Positions 38,141 through 52,613 of a stretch of 64,000 nucleotides of DNA are shown in pieces; position 1 is the stretch's first letter, and the number at the start of each line of letters is the position of its first letter. The notes under the pieces are model-generated. The model made no database searches. It saw nothing but the letters and a program-made list of their open reading frames with translations, and had not been told where the DNA came from. The DNA lies in NCBI GenBank assembly GCA_030324005.1, contig JARDVH010000001.1:36417929-36481928 (forward strand). The letters run 5' to 3'. The translations under genes and the position numbers were made by a program. Source of the DNA: Negaprion brevirostris (Eukaryota).

Positions 38141-39908
38141 TTTCTGTCCCATTTTAAACCCATTGGATTAAAAATATTAATCCCATTCTCTGCTGTAGCA
38201 AGGAGGAGTCAGACAGGAAAAGTAAGTGTCTTACACAGACAAATTAACCTGGGCCACACTGGTGTACTTCCTGAGGGCCATTTTGCAGACTTGCACTGGC
38301 AGGTGCCTGTCATGTAGACCAGGAAAAAGACGTAAAGGGACCAGGGAGTGAGGGGAGAACAAATAAAGTTAATGAAGTGCGCAAAAAAAAAAGGTAAACC
38401 AAACATGACCCAGCATTGACTTTTTCAGACGTGACTGCTTTAACTTTTCGGCCTGCAGAGGTTTCATGTCAAATCAGTACGGTCACCTTTCCTAATAAAA
38501 ACCATAACTGCGCTACACTCTCTGGAACATTTAACCAAGAGTGATGTTTTTGTATTGATTTCATAATATAATTCAAACTTGTATGAAAGGAATGGCACAG
38601 CGTGTTCACACAATGCATTGTTAGCCCCAGAAGTCGAAATTTGGTTTCAGTTTGAGGGAGACTCAATCTGATGGGAGTTAAAAGAAACTCAAGTAAGCCT
38701 GCAGCATAGTTCTGGCATCAGACTTGGCCCAATAAACAAATAAATTCAAGCAACTTCCATGAATATTCATAGTAGTATTATGTCCTGAAAAGCTGCAGAA
38801 GAAAGGCTGAGGGCAATTTTTGAAAGATTTCCGCATACATGCCACCCGCTCCAGCAAAGAATCAGCGCAGGCAGCAAAAGGTGAATGAGCTCCAAGGGNN
38901 NNNNNNNNTTGCACTTTTATGCAGTAAATTGATCTGTTTAATCATGAATGTGCTGCTGTGTAACCCCCTTAAGACTGCACCTCTGCAAGTCTATGCAACT
39001 TTGAAAAGAAGATATGCTTTCAGGTTGAGGATTTTCAAAGTACATGCTCTCATTACCTCCCAAAGTTACTTATTAAGAAGGCTTTCTTGCACTCAGCTGC
39101 TCTGCCTGCCCAGGGATCAGCTCCTTTCACAATGTCGCCAACCAGAATATCCACATAAACAGGACAGTAAGCCAGTTTGGGCTACTGCCATTCCACCTGT
39201 GCTGGCCGCCCGGATTATAATTGACCCCGTACACTGGACACCACAAAACATTGTCAAAACATAAGCCCCTTTCTTCTCATTCTGACGTGGACTAGTTGTT
39301 AAGATTTGTATTGACTACTAGTCAACAACAGAGCAAAACTTTCACACACAAGCCCTCCCAAATCCTATGCATTTCCTGCTTCAGGTTTCAGAAGAATCCT
39401 CTCTCCCTCAATTATCAGTGATTCATTTTCCCCAAAGCCACAAGGTAGGAGCCCCAGAACCTCTTCCCCATGAAATTCATACAGTCCTACAGCATGGAGG
39501 CAGGCCCTTCAGCCCAAACTGGTCCATGCTGGCCAAAATGTCCATCCATTCCCACGATAGATTTCAGAAAGATCCACTTTGCACACTGAAACCTCCATTT
39601 TTACTTGGAATTTTGGCTTGTTGCAATGAGGACAACGTAAGGTGCAAGATTTTGACAATCCTATTAATTTTCAGAATCAGTGGCATATTTGGAATTTATT
39701 CCTGAACCACTTTCAAGAGGGTCAAATTGAATTTCTGTTGGACAATTAACAGTCGAGGTAATTGGGAAACAGGAAGGAGATGCTTGTGAGAAACTTGATT
39801 TATTTATGACTGTCATGGTGCTGTGAAGTCTGAAGTCGAGGGGATTTCTGTTTTGGAGGAATAGTTAACAGCAATGAGTTCAGGAGGTTGAACTTAAGAC
39901 GACACTAT

Positions 39909-41382
39909 GACGCATAATTTCCTGGCTCCCCAGTTTCAAATTTGAGAGGTATCCCTCTTGGAAGTTCCCAATTAAGGACTTATATGGCTAACTTCACCTG
40001 GACAATCACACCGGGCTGGGAAGCATCCAACAAAGCCATTTAACTTACTAACTTTGGATCATTTGTCTGTTTTAAATCAGTCATCACTCTAAAAGAACTA
40101 GCAGGAACTAAGCGCTTCCAATTTCAGCATAAAGACTTAGACGGAACCCACATGGGATACTGCTCACACTCCCAACCCCCATGGTATTCCCCACACTCCC
40201 CCAATGATATTCCCCACCCAGCACAGGATTCCCACCCTACCCCATCCCCCTCTTCTGATGTCCCCGACCCAACTACACACTGTACTGGCCACCTCACTGG
40301 CCTACATGACCCCATGTCCCCACAACCGATTCCCCCTCTCCGACCCGACCCTGCACCACGCACCCAACCCAAATCTTGCCTGATGTCTGACAACCCCCCA
40401 TGCCTACCTTCCTTCACCTAATGAATGTCCCCCCGCGTGTCTGAACCTCCACTCCCCATAATTTCCAATCCTCCCACCCACCAAATGACTGGCTCCCCCT
40501 GATATGTGAATCACCCACTGTCCATAATGTCCAACCGCACCCCCCCATGTCCAACTCCAACCGCCCCCCCCATGTCCAACTCCAACCGNNNNNNNNNNNN
40601 NNNNNNNNNNNNNNNNNNNNNNNNNNNNNNNNNNNNNNNNNNNNNNNNNNNNNNNNNNNNNNNNNNNNNNNNNNNNNNNNNNNNNNNNNNNNNNNNNNNN
40701 NNNNNNNNNNNNNNNNNNNNNNNNNNNNNNNNNNNNNNNNNNNNNNNNNNNNNNNNNNNNNNNNNNNNNNNNNNNNNNNNNNNNNNNNNNNNNNNNNNNN
40801 NNNNNNNNNNNNNNNNNNNNNNNNNNNNNNNNNNNNNNNNNNNNNNNNNNNNNNNNNNNNNNNNNNNNNNNCCCTGATATCTTTATCTCACACCCTCAAT
40901 GTTCTACTTCCCCAACCTTCTGGTGTCTAAAGCCCACATCCACTCATGACCACACCCCCTGATGTCCAAAACCTCCACCCCTTGTTGTCCTTACACCCAG
41001 CCGCCGATGTTCAACCCCTCACCCCATCATTCCAGTGCCTGAACTCCGTACGCTCGATGTCCTACCCGAGCTTTCATGCCTGATTCTCCTCCCATATTGT
41101 CCAGATCTCTCTAATCTCTTGATGTCCGAACCCCCACCCCATCTTCCATCCACTTCACTTCGAAACTTACCTTCTCCCTTTAAACTTACCTGCTGTACGG
41201 CAGCTACAGTCATAAAAAGGGGGGGATGGTCCTCTTTTGTACTTTGCTGCTGGAGCTGGGGATGCATTTCACTTCTTGAGTCAGGAAGGTTAGGCGAGAC
41301 AGGCGTTTTAGAATTTAAATGAAGTCGGTACAGAGTGGCAAGTCACCCGCTGTTGATTGCCACCGTAAGGAAGTTATGCCCC
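39909..41382. mobile_element. Non-autonomous DNA transposon with TIRs and an internal C-rich minisatellite
   Basis: Ends gcataatttcct / aggaagttatgc are inverted. The interior has degenerate ccccccatgtccaactccaaccg repeats running into a gap. Confidence 0.6.
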
Positions 41383-43459
41383 TTCCTTTAAACAAGCCAC
41401 GCATTGCCTGAATTGATCAGTACCAAAAGGGAATCTTTATTTTCTGATATCTGTGGGGCTGGGGTTAAAGTATGTTGACAAGAGAATGTGACTTTATCGA
41501 TGGCTTCTTTGTATCTGAAAGAAATTACATTTGTTTGTAATGTAATATAAACTCTGAGGGGCCCTGGGGAATAAATGAACACTTTTCTTTAGTCTAGGTA
41601 GCTCTAGTTACAGAGGTGGGCTGACACAAGATGATTTGCATCCTGTAACCAATAGGAGGGTGAACTTGGGCCATCTTCAAAAGAGGAACGAGAGACCGAA
41701 AGATAAAAGTTGAGATGTTGCAATCTTTCTTGGCAAAGTGATACCATGGTTTCTGGGCTATGAATCTTCTGGACACTTCAAAGACAATGAATAGAGAGAC
41801 ATCACCTTTGCTGGCAAAAACAAGAGTTCCTGGAATCTTCAGAGGGAGAACCATCTATGTTGTCTTCACTGCTTCTTGTTACATATATGTAAAATCTTGC
41901 TTAATAAACTCTACTTGATGAATAAATACTAGTTATTCATGCCTTGTAGGCCTGGCCCAACAGAGGACCCTAGTGTTAGAAATTAAAAATTCCGACCTTG
42001 AAAGTTTTCTTTCAAATAGAAGGGTTCTATGTCTCGAAAGCCGAAACCTCACAAGGGGCACAGTTCAGTAGGGTACATACAAAGCAGTCATCTTCATGGT
42101 GACCTCAACTATGAAAAGACGGGGCGCTTCACAGTGAAGAACTGGGAAGATGGACATTATTTTAACAATCTGAGACAATTATTTTCCAATCTGTGCACAA
42201 TGGAAAACATAGCTCTTCATAAACTCTGGGGTTTGCTTTAAAATCTGTAGCCATAACTCGGAAAAGAGAATTTTATTCCATTTCATTATAAATAAACTCC
42301 CAACAAGTGAAGGGTCCCACTAGGGTTTTTTCAGAGACTTCTGAATGAGTACAAGGGACTTTGTAGGATAGAGAGTTTTAGGTAAGCCTGGTAGGTAGAG
42401 ATATGTTCGGCGCAACTGATGGGCCGAAGGGCCTGTTTGTGCTGTAGTTTTTCTATGTTCTAGTTACAGAAACTGCAATTATACATTCAGCAGGAGTTAA
42501 CTGTTCCATCAACCATGAGGAAACATGTTTAGGGTATGAATTGGCATTCCATTATGATGCATAAGATTTTTCTCCAATGCATCCTAATGAAAATGTTTCA
42601 CGCGTTCAGGAGTGTCGTAAACAACTTTATTGCTATTATCATCAACCGTGCTATAACTGACCCATGACTGGAAAAGCAGCTGGAAGGTCTTTGAACAAAA
42701 AACTATATCCTAAGTTTAATCTGCGAGTAACTATTTAGCCATGATGTAATTAGGGTTCTCATATACATAAAGTATAGCTAATGTGGCTGTTTGAGTAGAC
42801 TTTGCAAAAGCCCCTGGTATTGCTTGTTAACAGACTTCATGTTAAAGAGCTCAATGGTACAATTTTATATCCCCTTTCCATCCAATGAAAATCTACCACT
42901 GAAGAGAGCTTCCAAATGGAATAATGACTTCAGTGCATCAGCACTTACAGGCTACATTACGGGGCAATTGGGATCAGTAAACACAGAATAATGGATTCCT
43001 GGGAGTGATTCCAAAGCAGTAATGTAGGGTAGGGGCTCAGATGGCTCATATAGAGAATAATGGAAAGCTACGTGATGTTACAAAATGGTAATCTAATCTG
43101 GGAGTTGAGATCACTCGTAAAAGCCACTCAGAATTTGCACTCGGAGCTCATGACATCACCTGAATTTTCTGCTTTGATTTCAAACTAAAGGGACGTGGGA
43201 AGCTTGAAATAAAAAGCAGAAAATGTTGAACATGACTTGGGTGCTTTGAAGATGGCCTCCCACTGCATTAGCCTATCACTTGATTAGGTACTGGTTTCTA
43301 CATCATTATCATCTGTGTGAACTGAGCAGTAAATCCTGGTGAACAGATAAGTTGAGATGTTTAGATCCCCCAAAGTCAGTTTCCCCATCTCCTGTTTCTT
43401 ATTCTCCTCAAATAATAAGATTTGGCAACACTATTAACATCATTGTCTGCTATCTACAG

Positions 43460-43753
43460 TTCATTTATTAGCATCACAGTATGCTTACATTAATACTACA
43501 ATGAAGGTACTGTGAAAATCCCCTAGTCACTACACTCCAACACCTGTTCGGGTACAGTGAGGGAGAATTTAGCATGGCCAATGCACCTAACCAGCACGTC
43601 TTTTGGACTGTGGGAGGAAACGGAAGCACCTGGAGGAAACCCACACAGACACGGGGAGAAACGTGCAAACTCTGCACGGACCGTGAACCAAGCCGGGAAT
43701 CAAACCCAGATCCCCAGAGCTGTGAGGCAGCAGTGCTAACCACCGTGCCACCA
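43460..43753 (-). mobile_element. V-SINE, tail type B
   Basis: Full-length copy. Confidence 0.9.
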
Positions 43754-46700
43754 TATATAACCATTATGATAATAAATAAGAACTAAATGTGTTGTGATAA
43801 TTTCATTCAGTTTGTGGTCCTGGCTTCAGCTGGCACTGACTGTCTACTTTCTTTGTCCTGGAAGTGTGACGATTGTCATGATCTGATACAAGGACAGAGA
43901 CTTCATTAGTGCGGTTTATCAGAAAACAAAGTACAGTTCATTCACAGGAAGTTTGATTTCAATTATACTCACTTAATGGGAGCAATTCAATAAATGGGTG
44001 TGTGTGTGTGAGAAAGGGAAAGGCTAGAAAAATAGATGACTCTCATAAAGAGATGTCTTTTCTTACCTCATAACTGAATTAAATAAAGAGTCTCAGGTTA
44101 GACAAACCTAGAGATTTTGATGTGAAACATCGAAGAACAATACAAAATACCACAGTTGTACAACTAACTCCTGTGTGTACATCTTTTCAGGTATATTCTT
44201 CACACATTCTAGTGTATAAGTTGGTAGGGAAGGGGGCTTCTAACACTTGCTGCAGGGTTACGTACAAGCAAATGCACTCTAAGATCTTTGAATGTGAAGG
44301 AATTACTGGAACACTTTGTCATTTTTCAGCAACAACTTTATAAATCATTATTTTTGAAATTAAAAATGGTATATGTTATTGTAATAGCGTGACAAACGCA
44401 TCATAGAATTGCTTAGCCGCTTGGAGTCCTGATTCCAAAATGGCTGCTCTGAGATTATCAGGTCAATAACATTTGCATTTGCTTCTTATAACGAACTTCA
44501 ATTTGAAATACTTTTGAAACTGACCATTCATCCAAGTGCTGGGCATTAAATCAGAAAAGTCACGGTCAATTTAATTATGTAGCTCCTTCTAAATGTGTGA
44601 TACTTTAGATTAATTGTATAGACTAAGAGTCAATTTGCCTTTATTCTTCACACTCTAATGGTGACTGTTAATTATTGTGTGCAGTAGTACCAAAGCTCCT
44701 TGATTGTAGGGATTGTAATTTACCCTTGTCCAGCCCACTGAGGGCTGGACATAAGATGCGTTCAGTGGCAGTAACAGTCTAAAATGGCCCAGGACTCAAC
44801 CGCACTTTGAAGAGTATTCTTATAGTGGACACTCACCGTGCGTGCAGACGGAGCTTACTGTGTGCCACATCTGGTTGGAGTTTTCATCTCCCGCCTGACC
44901 GATTGGGAGGACTGGTGAGCCGGCTCTAGTGAATAACAAAAGAGCGCATCGCGGGCCGGATGAAACGTCCTGCCTGGCCTCTGGAGACCACTCATGGGCT
45001 GACCCTTCGGNNNNNNNNNNNNNNNNNNNNNNNNNNNNNNNNNNNNNNNNNNNNNNNNNNNNNNNNNNNNNNNNNNNNNNNNNNNNNNNNNNNNNNNNNN
45101 NNNNNNNNNNNNNGTGCAAACACATTACTCTAAGCTCTTCATGGAGTCCATGAATTGTCCTATTATTATTGCAAATACACAAATAAGCACATTTCCAACA
45201 TACAGCACTACAGCATATCAGTGCTACTCATATTATGACCTAGGAGACATTTGCAGCCCATCTCCCCATTGCCCGGATCCCATGGCAGACGGCAGTTCCA
45301 GGTGTCTCTATAGGGCTCCATGTATTTTCTGTTCAGCAATGAAACGCTTATGTGCCAGCAGGAAATGCCATCCCCTCTCCTTTTTTTGCTTTCCAGGAAA
45401 AGAAGGTGAGAGAATGCTTTTAGGAAGTACAGATCCTTCCCCGCTTTCATTAAGTGGACTAAAATTGAACTAGTTTGGTCCTGCCATTTAATATAGCCTT
45501 TCTCTCACGGTGGGGGAGCGCCTGGTCTACACTTGGCAGCTGCCCACAGTGGCACAATCGAAATGAGGAGCTAATTTTGTGAAGAGTTACAGGCCTGCAG
45601 CACATCAGTCTGTACTGCAGAAGTTCTTAGAATGGTTCTAAAGCAGCAACAGCAAAAACTACACCAACTCGCATGTTATAACTGCAGTTACTGACTGGGA
45701 ATGTGCTACTTCCCAAATATTACTGAGATGCAGCGACTTTATGCCCACGTTGGTCCTGATACTATTTATGTCTGTAAAACACTGGAAAATCCCTTCTACA
45801 CGTAACTGGAGTACACTATATTTAACTTGGACATCATTCACAACTTTGAATTTAAAAACGGAAAACATTCCCTCTGCTCATTAGTTCTATCTATAGAGAA
45901 ATAAAACTTAAGACACAAAGCACCTTACATGACGGAAGCGAAACAAAATGGGAAATCCACATGGCACAATGTTTGCTAATTCAAAAGTTATAACATAATG
46001 TAATTAAAGTCCTATTACAAATGCTTGGAACAAAGGATTTAAATTATAAAGTAATAGGCAACATATTTCCACAATGTTCGTCGTACGAGCAACTGTTAAA
46101 AAAAATTCTCCTGCTTTGCATTTTTCTTTTTTAAAAAAAAGTCATTATGCTAATTTGTACACAGAATAATTACCAAATTCTTTATGAGTTGAAACACTTC
46201 TGTGTATACATAATACTTTTGATTTATAGATGTGTAAGCAATATTTTGAGTCAAATCCTGCTGAGCATACAGATGGGTATCATTTCCTTCAAAAGCCTGA
46301 AGCCTTTGGGAATTACCAGAAAGCTTTCCTTTCCCCTTTGTCCTCAAATATTTATATCGCTTTCACTTACCTTTGTTTCTTAATAGAATTCTAGCAGCAA
46401 CACCTGCGAAGAACACCCTCAGTGACTGCTGTTGCTGTGCAGTTCTCCACTGGTGTTCTCACTAGCTCTGTGTTCACAATTAACCTATTATCAACACATT
46501 CTGGGAACAAGTGGCCTGCGCCTTCTATGAGTGATGTTGAGGCAGAAAGTGGATCGTGTGCTCAATCACATTAATTGAAATCAGGGGCAGGTCATCCCAT
46601 CATGAGGGAGGGGCTTTAAAACAAATTGGTCTACCACTGTGCCTCATCTGTGCAGAGGGAACAGGCAAGCTCACATCTCTGTCCCCCAAACTCCTACTCC

Positions 46701-47159
46701 TCCCCCTGCCTTGTATTCTCCTCAAAGTCACTTCTCTTCAACTTCAACTGGGGCACAAAGGGAATTAAGAGGCAGAGTTGGAAGCTGCGCTATTTTCCAC
46801 AGAGGGTAAGATATATAGTGTTGGCATCACATGCCTCTTTGCAGCTGCATACAGAGATGGGGATGGGGGATTGGTGCATGCACACTACAGATATTTGCTA
46901 CCAATTAGAATCACACAATGAAACATCTCCTTTTATCTTTCAAAGCTTTTATTTAATTGTCACACATGGTGTGATCTCTAAAACGTGAAGCTTGGCAATC
47001 AGAGTGGCAGCAATATCATGAAAGGTAAACTCAAACAGCAAAGCATCAATAAGATAGTTCGTGAATAAATGTGAAGACAGAGAATGGGATGAATATAAAT
47101 AAGGAACTTAAAGTATGATAGAAGTCTAACCCAGTCTTAGCCATCTGATTATCCATAAC

Positions 47160-47292
47160 CTCTCAGCCTTAAAGTCACAGGCTTCGATTCCCAACTTGGG
47201 TCACCATCTAAGTAGAGTCTGCATGTTCTTCCTCTGTCTGCGTGGGTTTCCTCTGGGTGCTCCCACATACTGGAAGACATGCTGATTAGGTG
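47160..47292 (+). mobile_element. V-SINE partial (continues into gap)
   Basis: ttcgattcccaacttgggtcac...tgtctgcgtgggtttcctc. Confidence 0.75.
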
Positions 47293-47641
47293 NNNNNNNN
47301 NNNNNNNNNNNNNNNNNNNNNNNNNNNNNNNNNNNNNNNNNNNNNNNNNNNNNNNNNNNNNNNNNNNNNNNNNNNNNNNNNNNNNNNNNNNNNNNNNNNN
47401 NNNNNNNNNNNNNNNNNNNNNNNNNNNNNNNNNNNNNNNNNNNNNNNNNNNNNNNNNNNNNNNNNNNNNNNNNNNNNNNNNNNNNAACCCACTCAGGTTA
47501 CTCTACAAACTCTGTTACCATCTGCCTTCCGTTTATACTCACAGTGAATGATGGAGCTAATGGACTCAGATATCTTTGTTTTTGCTAACTGGAGGAAAAT
47601 TAAACAACTGTTTTTGGATCCAGTGCACCTGGGACTTCTAA

Positions 47642-47947
47642 AGTTATTTATTTACTAGTGTTGCAAGTAGGCTTACGTTAACTCTGCAATGAAATTATTG
47701 TGAAAATCCTTGCGTCACCACACTCCGGTGCCTGTTTGGGTACACTGAGGGAGAATTTAGTGTGTCAATGCACCAAACCCGCACATATTTGGGACTGTGG
47801 GGGGAAACTGGAGCACCCGGAGGAAACCCACGCAGACACAGGGAGAACGTGCAGACTCTGCACAGGCAGTGACCCAAGCCAGGAATCCGAACACAGGTTC
47901 CTGGCGCTGTGAGGCAGCAGTGCTAACCTCTGTGCCACCGTGCTGCC
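47642..47947 (-). mobile_element. V-SINE, tail type B
   Basis: Full-length copy. Confidence 0.9.
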
Positions 47948-48529
47948 TACGGTGGACTTGTGCTCCAATAGTGGCTGGCACTGAGATATAATCACAGCCG
48001 ACCTGTAAAATGGGCCATGCACCTGTCACTGGCATAAAAGAACAGTTTTTATTTGCTTTGTTGCTTGCAGCTGAGGTATGTTTTGCTCCCTTTATTAGAA
48101 AACTAGCCTCGTGGGCGTGCAGATGGGCCATGCCAGGTGAAAGGAGGGCACGGTTACAACTTTTTACAGCCCCTGTCACTCCGCCAAAGATAAATCTTTT
48201 CCTCCTGTTCGAGCAATACCACAAGTTGTAGCAATGATGAGACTATTAAATAATTAACTTTGCTTCTGAGCAAGATAAAATGCAGGAAAGGCAGAAAGAG
48301 TTTTAAAAATAACACCTTTCAGGCTCCCAGTGTTAGCCATCCATAGTAAATGGTGGATGAAGCAGAATTATTGCATTGCCTCCACAATGTTACCAGACTG
48401 GGTACAATTAAAATGGCTGTAAACTGCAGGAAATGGAAATGCCAGTTTGCTTGATTTCCTCCCCCACACCCTTCCCAAAGATGGGGCAGCCTGCCATAAA
48501 CTGCTTTGCAATCTAAAGAAAGTCCCAGA

Positions 48530-48700
48530 TGGCCACAGGCCGTGACTGGTGGTGATTTAACCTGACCATCACCACATCTCAGGTGAGGGGCAAGGTCGAG
48601 GAAGCGGGCCTTCACGAATAACCTCAGCTGGTACGGGAATTGAACGCATGTTGCTGGCATTGCTCTGTATCACAAACCAGCTGTCCAGCCAACTGAGCGA
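48530..48700 (-). mobile_element. Short tRNA-derived SINE (third family)
   Basis: On the minus strand, A-box-like gctcagttgg and B-box-like gttcaattccc. Confidence 0.55.
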
Positions 48701-51700
48701 AGGCTCAATCTAGCCGTCTGGTCAAGGACCAAATAACAGAATTTCTGTATTGCCAGGCAAATCTGAGTAAATGGCAGCTCTGGGACTAAGACCCTAGACC
48801 ATCTGGTTGCTGCCTGAAGCAGTGATATTGTGCAGAAATGTAACATTCAGTGTGAAACAGTGAGAACAAATTGTAAGTACACATGCTATACACTGGAAAT
48901 GAGGAGAAAAACAAGATTATGTACATCTTTCTTTAAAATAATACGTCAAAACAGTCTCCAAAAGGTTAAAATCTCATGTACCTATAATGGATGTCACTTT
49001 TTTCATCAGAAAAAAGTATCTGAAAAATAAATATTTTATACAGCCCCATGGGGAAGGATATCTCATTTTCGTGGTGTCCCACTCTGGTGGACTAATGACT
49101 TTGTTGAGTGAACTTCATAGAACCAGCTTAATGACCCCATTCATTATGGGCTCCAATTGCGTGATCTGAGCAATATTCTTCATTATATGCAGCTTACACT
49201 TAGCATTTAAAGAGGGTGAATTAGTTGTCCCTTAGAAGCTGAAAGAAACTGGCTGAGGATAACAGATGAGCGAAATATGATTTCCTCAAATTTATGGCCT
49301 TTTAAAATGCAAGAGCTCCAGAATTCTTCATCGAGGAGCACTGATATTCAGGGTCTGGGCCTTCACAAATATTAAGGAAGATACATTACCCAAGCTAGGG
49401 ATGGTGAGACACACCTTTCATGTTAAAAATTTAGATGCTGTGGAAATGTTTGGCCTTATTGTTAGCCTTAAACACTTCCAGCTGCTAGGAGAGGATCAAT
49501 GTAAGGTGATCTTTTGTTACAAGAATCGCTACTCTCCCCTCCCCCTTCCCGACTCCTCCACCAACCAGGTGCTGTGCCCATCAGAGGCATATCTTTGGGA
49601 ATCACTGATGCACTCATGTGATTTCCTCATATTCAATCCCAGCAGTTGAGGATTTCATAAAAAAATCTTGTTGAAGTACTATATTACCCACCACTGCTGG
49701 GGTACCTGAGTGTGCATCAGTTGTTGGTACATGTTGGTAACCAGTGGACAATCTTGGCCCTTGTTTCTTCTCATAAAATCTGTCCTCTTATTTATCTCAC
49801 TGAAAAAACCTCGATGAAAGACCAGGCCCAGAAATGCAACATGTCACAAAGGCTGAGAAGAGGGAAAAAGGGTGAGCTTGATGAAAAAGTAATCATTTGG
49901 AATGGGTTTACGATGATGTGGAACTGAGTTGACTATAAAACACCAGGATTAATAATCACTCAGTTTTTGATCTTCCAAACAATAAAGGATATTTGTTTAT
50001 TTTTCGTGCCATCTTCGTAAAGGTCTCAATAGCTTTAAAAAAAAGTAAAGAGTTTAAAGGGAGATTTTCTGCTTGAATGCCCCTGGTGCACAATTAAACT
50101 CAGGCTGGGAGTACAACAGTTTTCTGATACACGCATATGTTGGAAGCATTGAAGTAGAAAATCTCTCCTTTAATGGAAAGTAATGATGGAAAACCGATGG
50201 GAGAAACTGGTGTTACTGCTCACATTTGTTTCAGATATTGTTGTTAAGTAATGGCGTTTTATTTCAATATATCTGCAAACATAAGTATGCACGCTTGTTA
50301 TCACCTGAGAGAAACAGATGAACTGGCAAAACATAATTCAGGAGATTCCTCTGCATTACGTTTATGTTTAACGTATTTGTCAGAGACACTGGGTATATGG
50401 TCATTGGGTTAGCACATTGTCACCTCACTTCAGCGAGTTAGGCTTGAACTCAGCCTGGATTGACGTGATAAAAATCTGCTCTGCCTTTTGGCTTTAAATG
50501 AGTTTTGGCAGCCTCAACCCTGCTCCTGTGAGCTTGGGCCCACAGCACAATACTGGAATTAATTGGCAGTGGGACAAGTAAAGATCCATATTCATACAGG
50601 CTGGAGAGCCACAGTTGATGTCTTTTGCCAACAGCACAAGGACAGGGAATGGATAGGACTTTGAGTTTTATGTCTGTTTTACTGAATTGAAAATATTCAT
50701 AAGCTTCATTGCTAAACACAACACAATACAATACACTGAGGCAAAATGAAACATTGATTTCTGGGCTCCTTTTATTTAAAAAAAAAGCCTTTTAAAATGC
50801 AGGCTTAGAAATATCTTGCTCCTATTCATTCTTGCATCTCATTTTCTGGTCGACTTGCCACCTTACATTTAAAAGTTATGGAACTTGTAGTTAATTATAT
50901 GACGTGGGTAGTCTTTTATTTATATTTGATTGAATCACTGTTTTTTATTATTTGGCATGATAAAATGAACATTCTTTCAAACCTGGTTGGAAAAGTAAAG
51001 AAGAAATATGAAAACAAAATGTCTCCCTATGTGCCAGAGCACTGAACTTCTTCATGTGCTTGTTGAAGTACTGGATGAACACTAACCCCACTTGGGGAAA
51101 TTTTTACCACTCTTTGTGACTGACTAATGTATACCATTTTGAAGTGGTGACTGAGCTGCATGTTGAGTCTTTTAATGTGCTGTAGATGTAACATCTTGCC
51201 AAGGCTCACATGAATTTCTGAGTGCCAAGCACTGCTAAGTAGTGCCACTTATTCTACACCACTTCAAATGGATGAAATCAGCACCACAATTCAAATTTGT
51301 CGAGTGTACACAGATGAGTTTTCTACATGCACCCACACGTACACATAAACACACGCATACACAGGAGGGCCGCATTGACATTTTGCCGTAACTAGTCAAC
51401 AGCCCGTGTTAAATTTCTCCAGATTTCTTTTCCACTGACGTCAGTGGGAAAGATATAAAACAGGCTGCCAATTCACTACTTACGATGGGACCACCACCTG
51501 GAAGTTCCCCTCCCAGCCACTCATCATCTTGACTCCAACAACACTCAAAAATGCTCAACGCCATCCAGAACAAGGTTTGATTGAGCACATTACCCAGCAC
51601 CTTAAATATTCAGTCTCTCCACCATCGATGCTCAGAGGCAGCAGTTTGTACGATTTGCAAAATGCACTGCAGCAACTTTCCATGACACCTTGCAAACTCA

Positions 51701-52316
51701 TAAGTGCTACCACCTGGAAGAGCAAGGGCAAAATCATCTGCAAGTTCCCCTCCAAGCCACTCACTGTCCCTTCACTGTCACAGGGCCAAAACACAGTAAG
51801 AAATCTGACAACACCAGGTTTAAGTCCAACCGATTTATTTGATAGTAAACTCACAAGGTTTCGAGGTTCCCCTCTTTGCAACCCCCATGACTTGCCTGGG
51901 TTTGCAAAATCTCACTTACTGTACTGTCTGGAGACAATACACATCTCTTTAACCTGTGATCAGTNNNNNNNNNNNNNNNNNNNNNNNNNNNNNNNNNNNN
52001 NNNNNNNNNNNNNNNNNNNNNNNNNNNNNNCATTAGGATCCCTGCCTTGAAGAGGAAACTGCTGATGCTGAAGAAATGAGACCATTCATAGGGCACAAAT
52101 GAACTCAATGTGCAGGAGGAATTTGGGGCTTTAAGCCTTGGAATAGATCAACACTTACAAAGCTAAGGCACCAAGGTTTAATGGGAGGGATAGGAGCATG
52201 TAAGAGTCACATGTATTAGTATACAGTGAAAAGTATTGTTTCTTGTGCACTGTACAGACAAGGCATACAGTACATAGAAAAGGAAAAGAAAGGGTACAGA
52301 TTTTTAAAAAATTTAT

Positions 52317-52613
52317 GGGTTGCTTGGTGGGACAGTGGTTATCACTGCTGCCTCACAGTACCAGAAACCTGGGTTCGATTCCCAGCTTGGGTCACTGTGC
52401 AGATTCTGCATGTTCTCCCCATGTCTGCGTGGGTTTCCTCCAGGTGTTCCAGTTTCCTTCCACAGTCTGAAAGATGTGCTGGTTAGGTGCATTGGCCAAG
52501 CTAAATTTTCTCTCACTGTACCCGAACAGGCGCTGGAGTGTGGTGGCTAGGAGATTTTTCACAGTAATTTCATTGTGGAGTTAATGTAAGTCTACTCATG
52601 ACACTAATAAATA
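52317..52613 (+). mobile_element. V-SINE, tail type B
   Basis: Full-length copy ending catgacactaataaataa. Confidence 0.9.
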
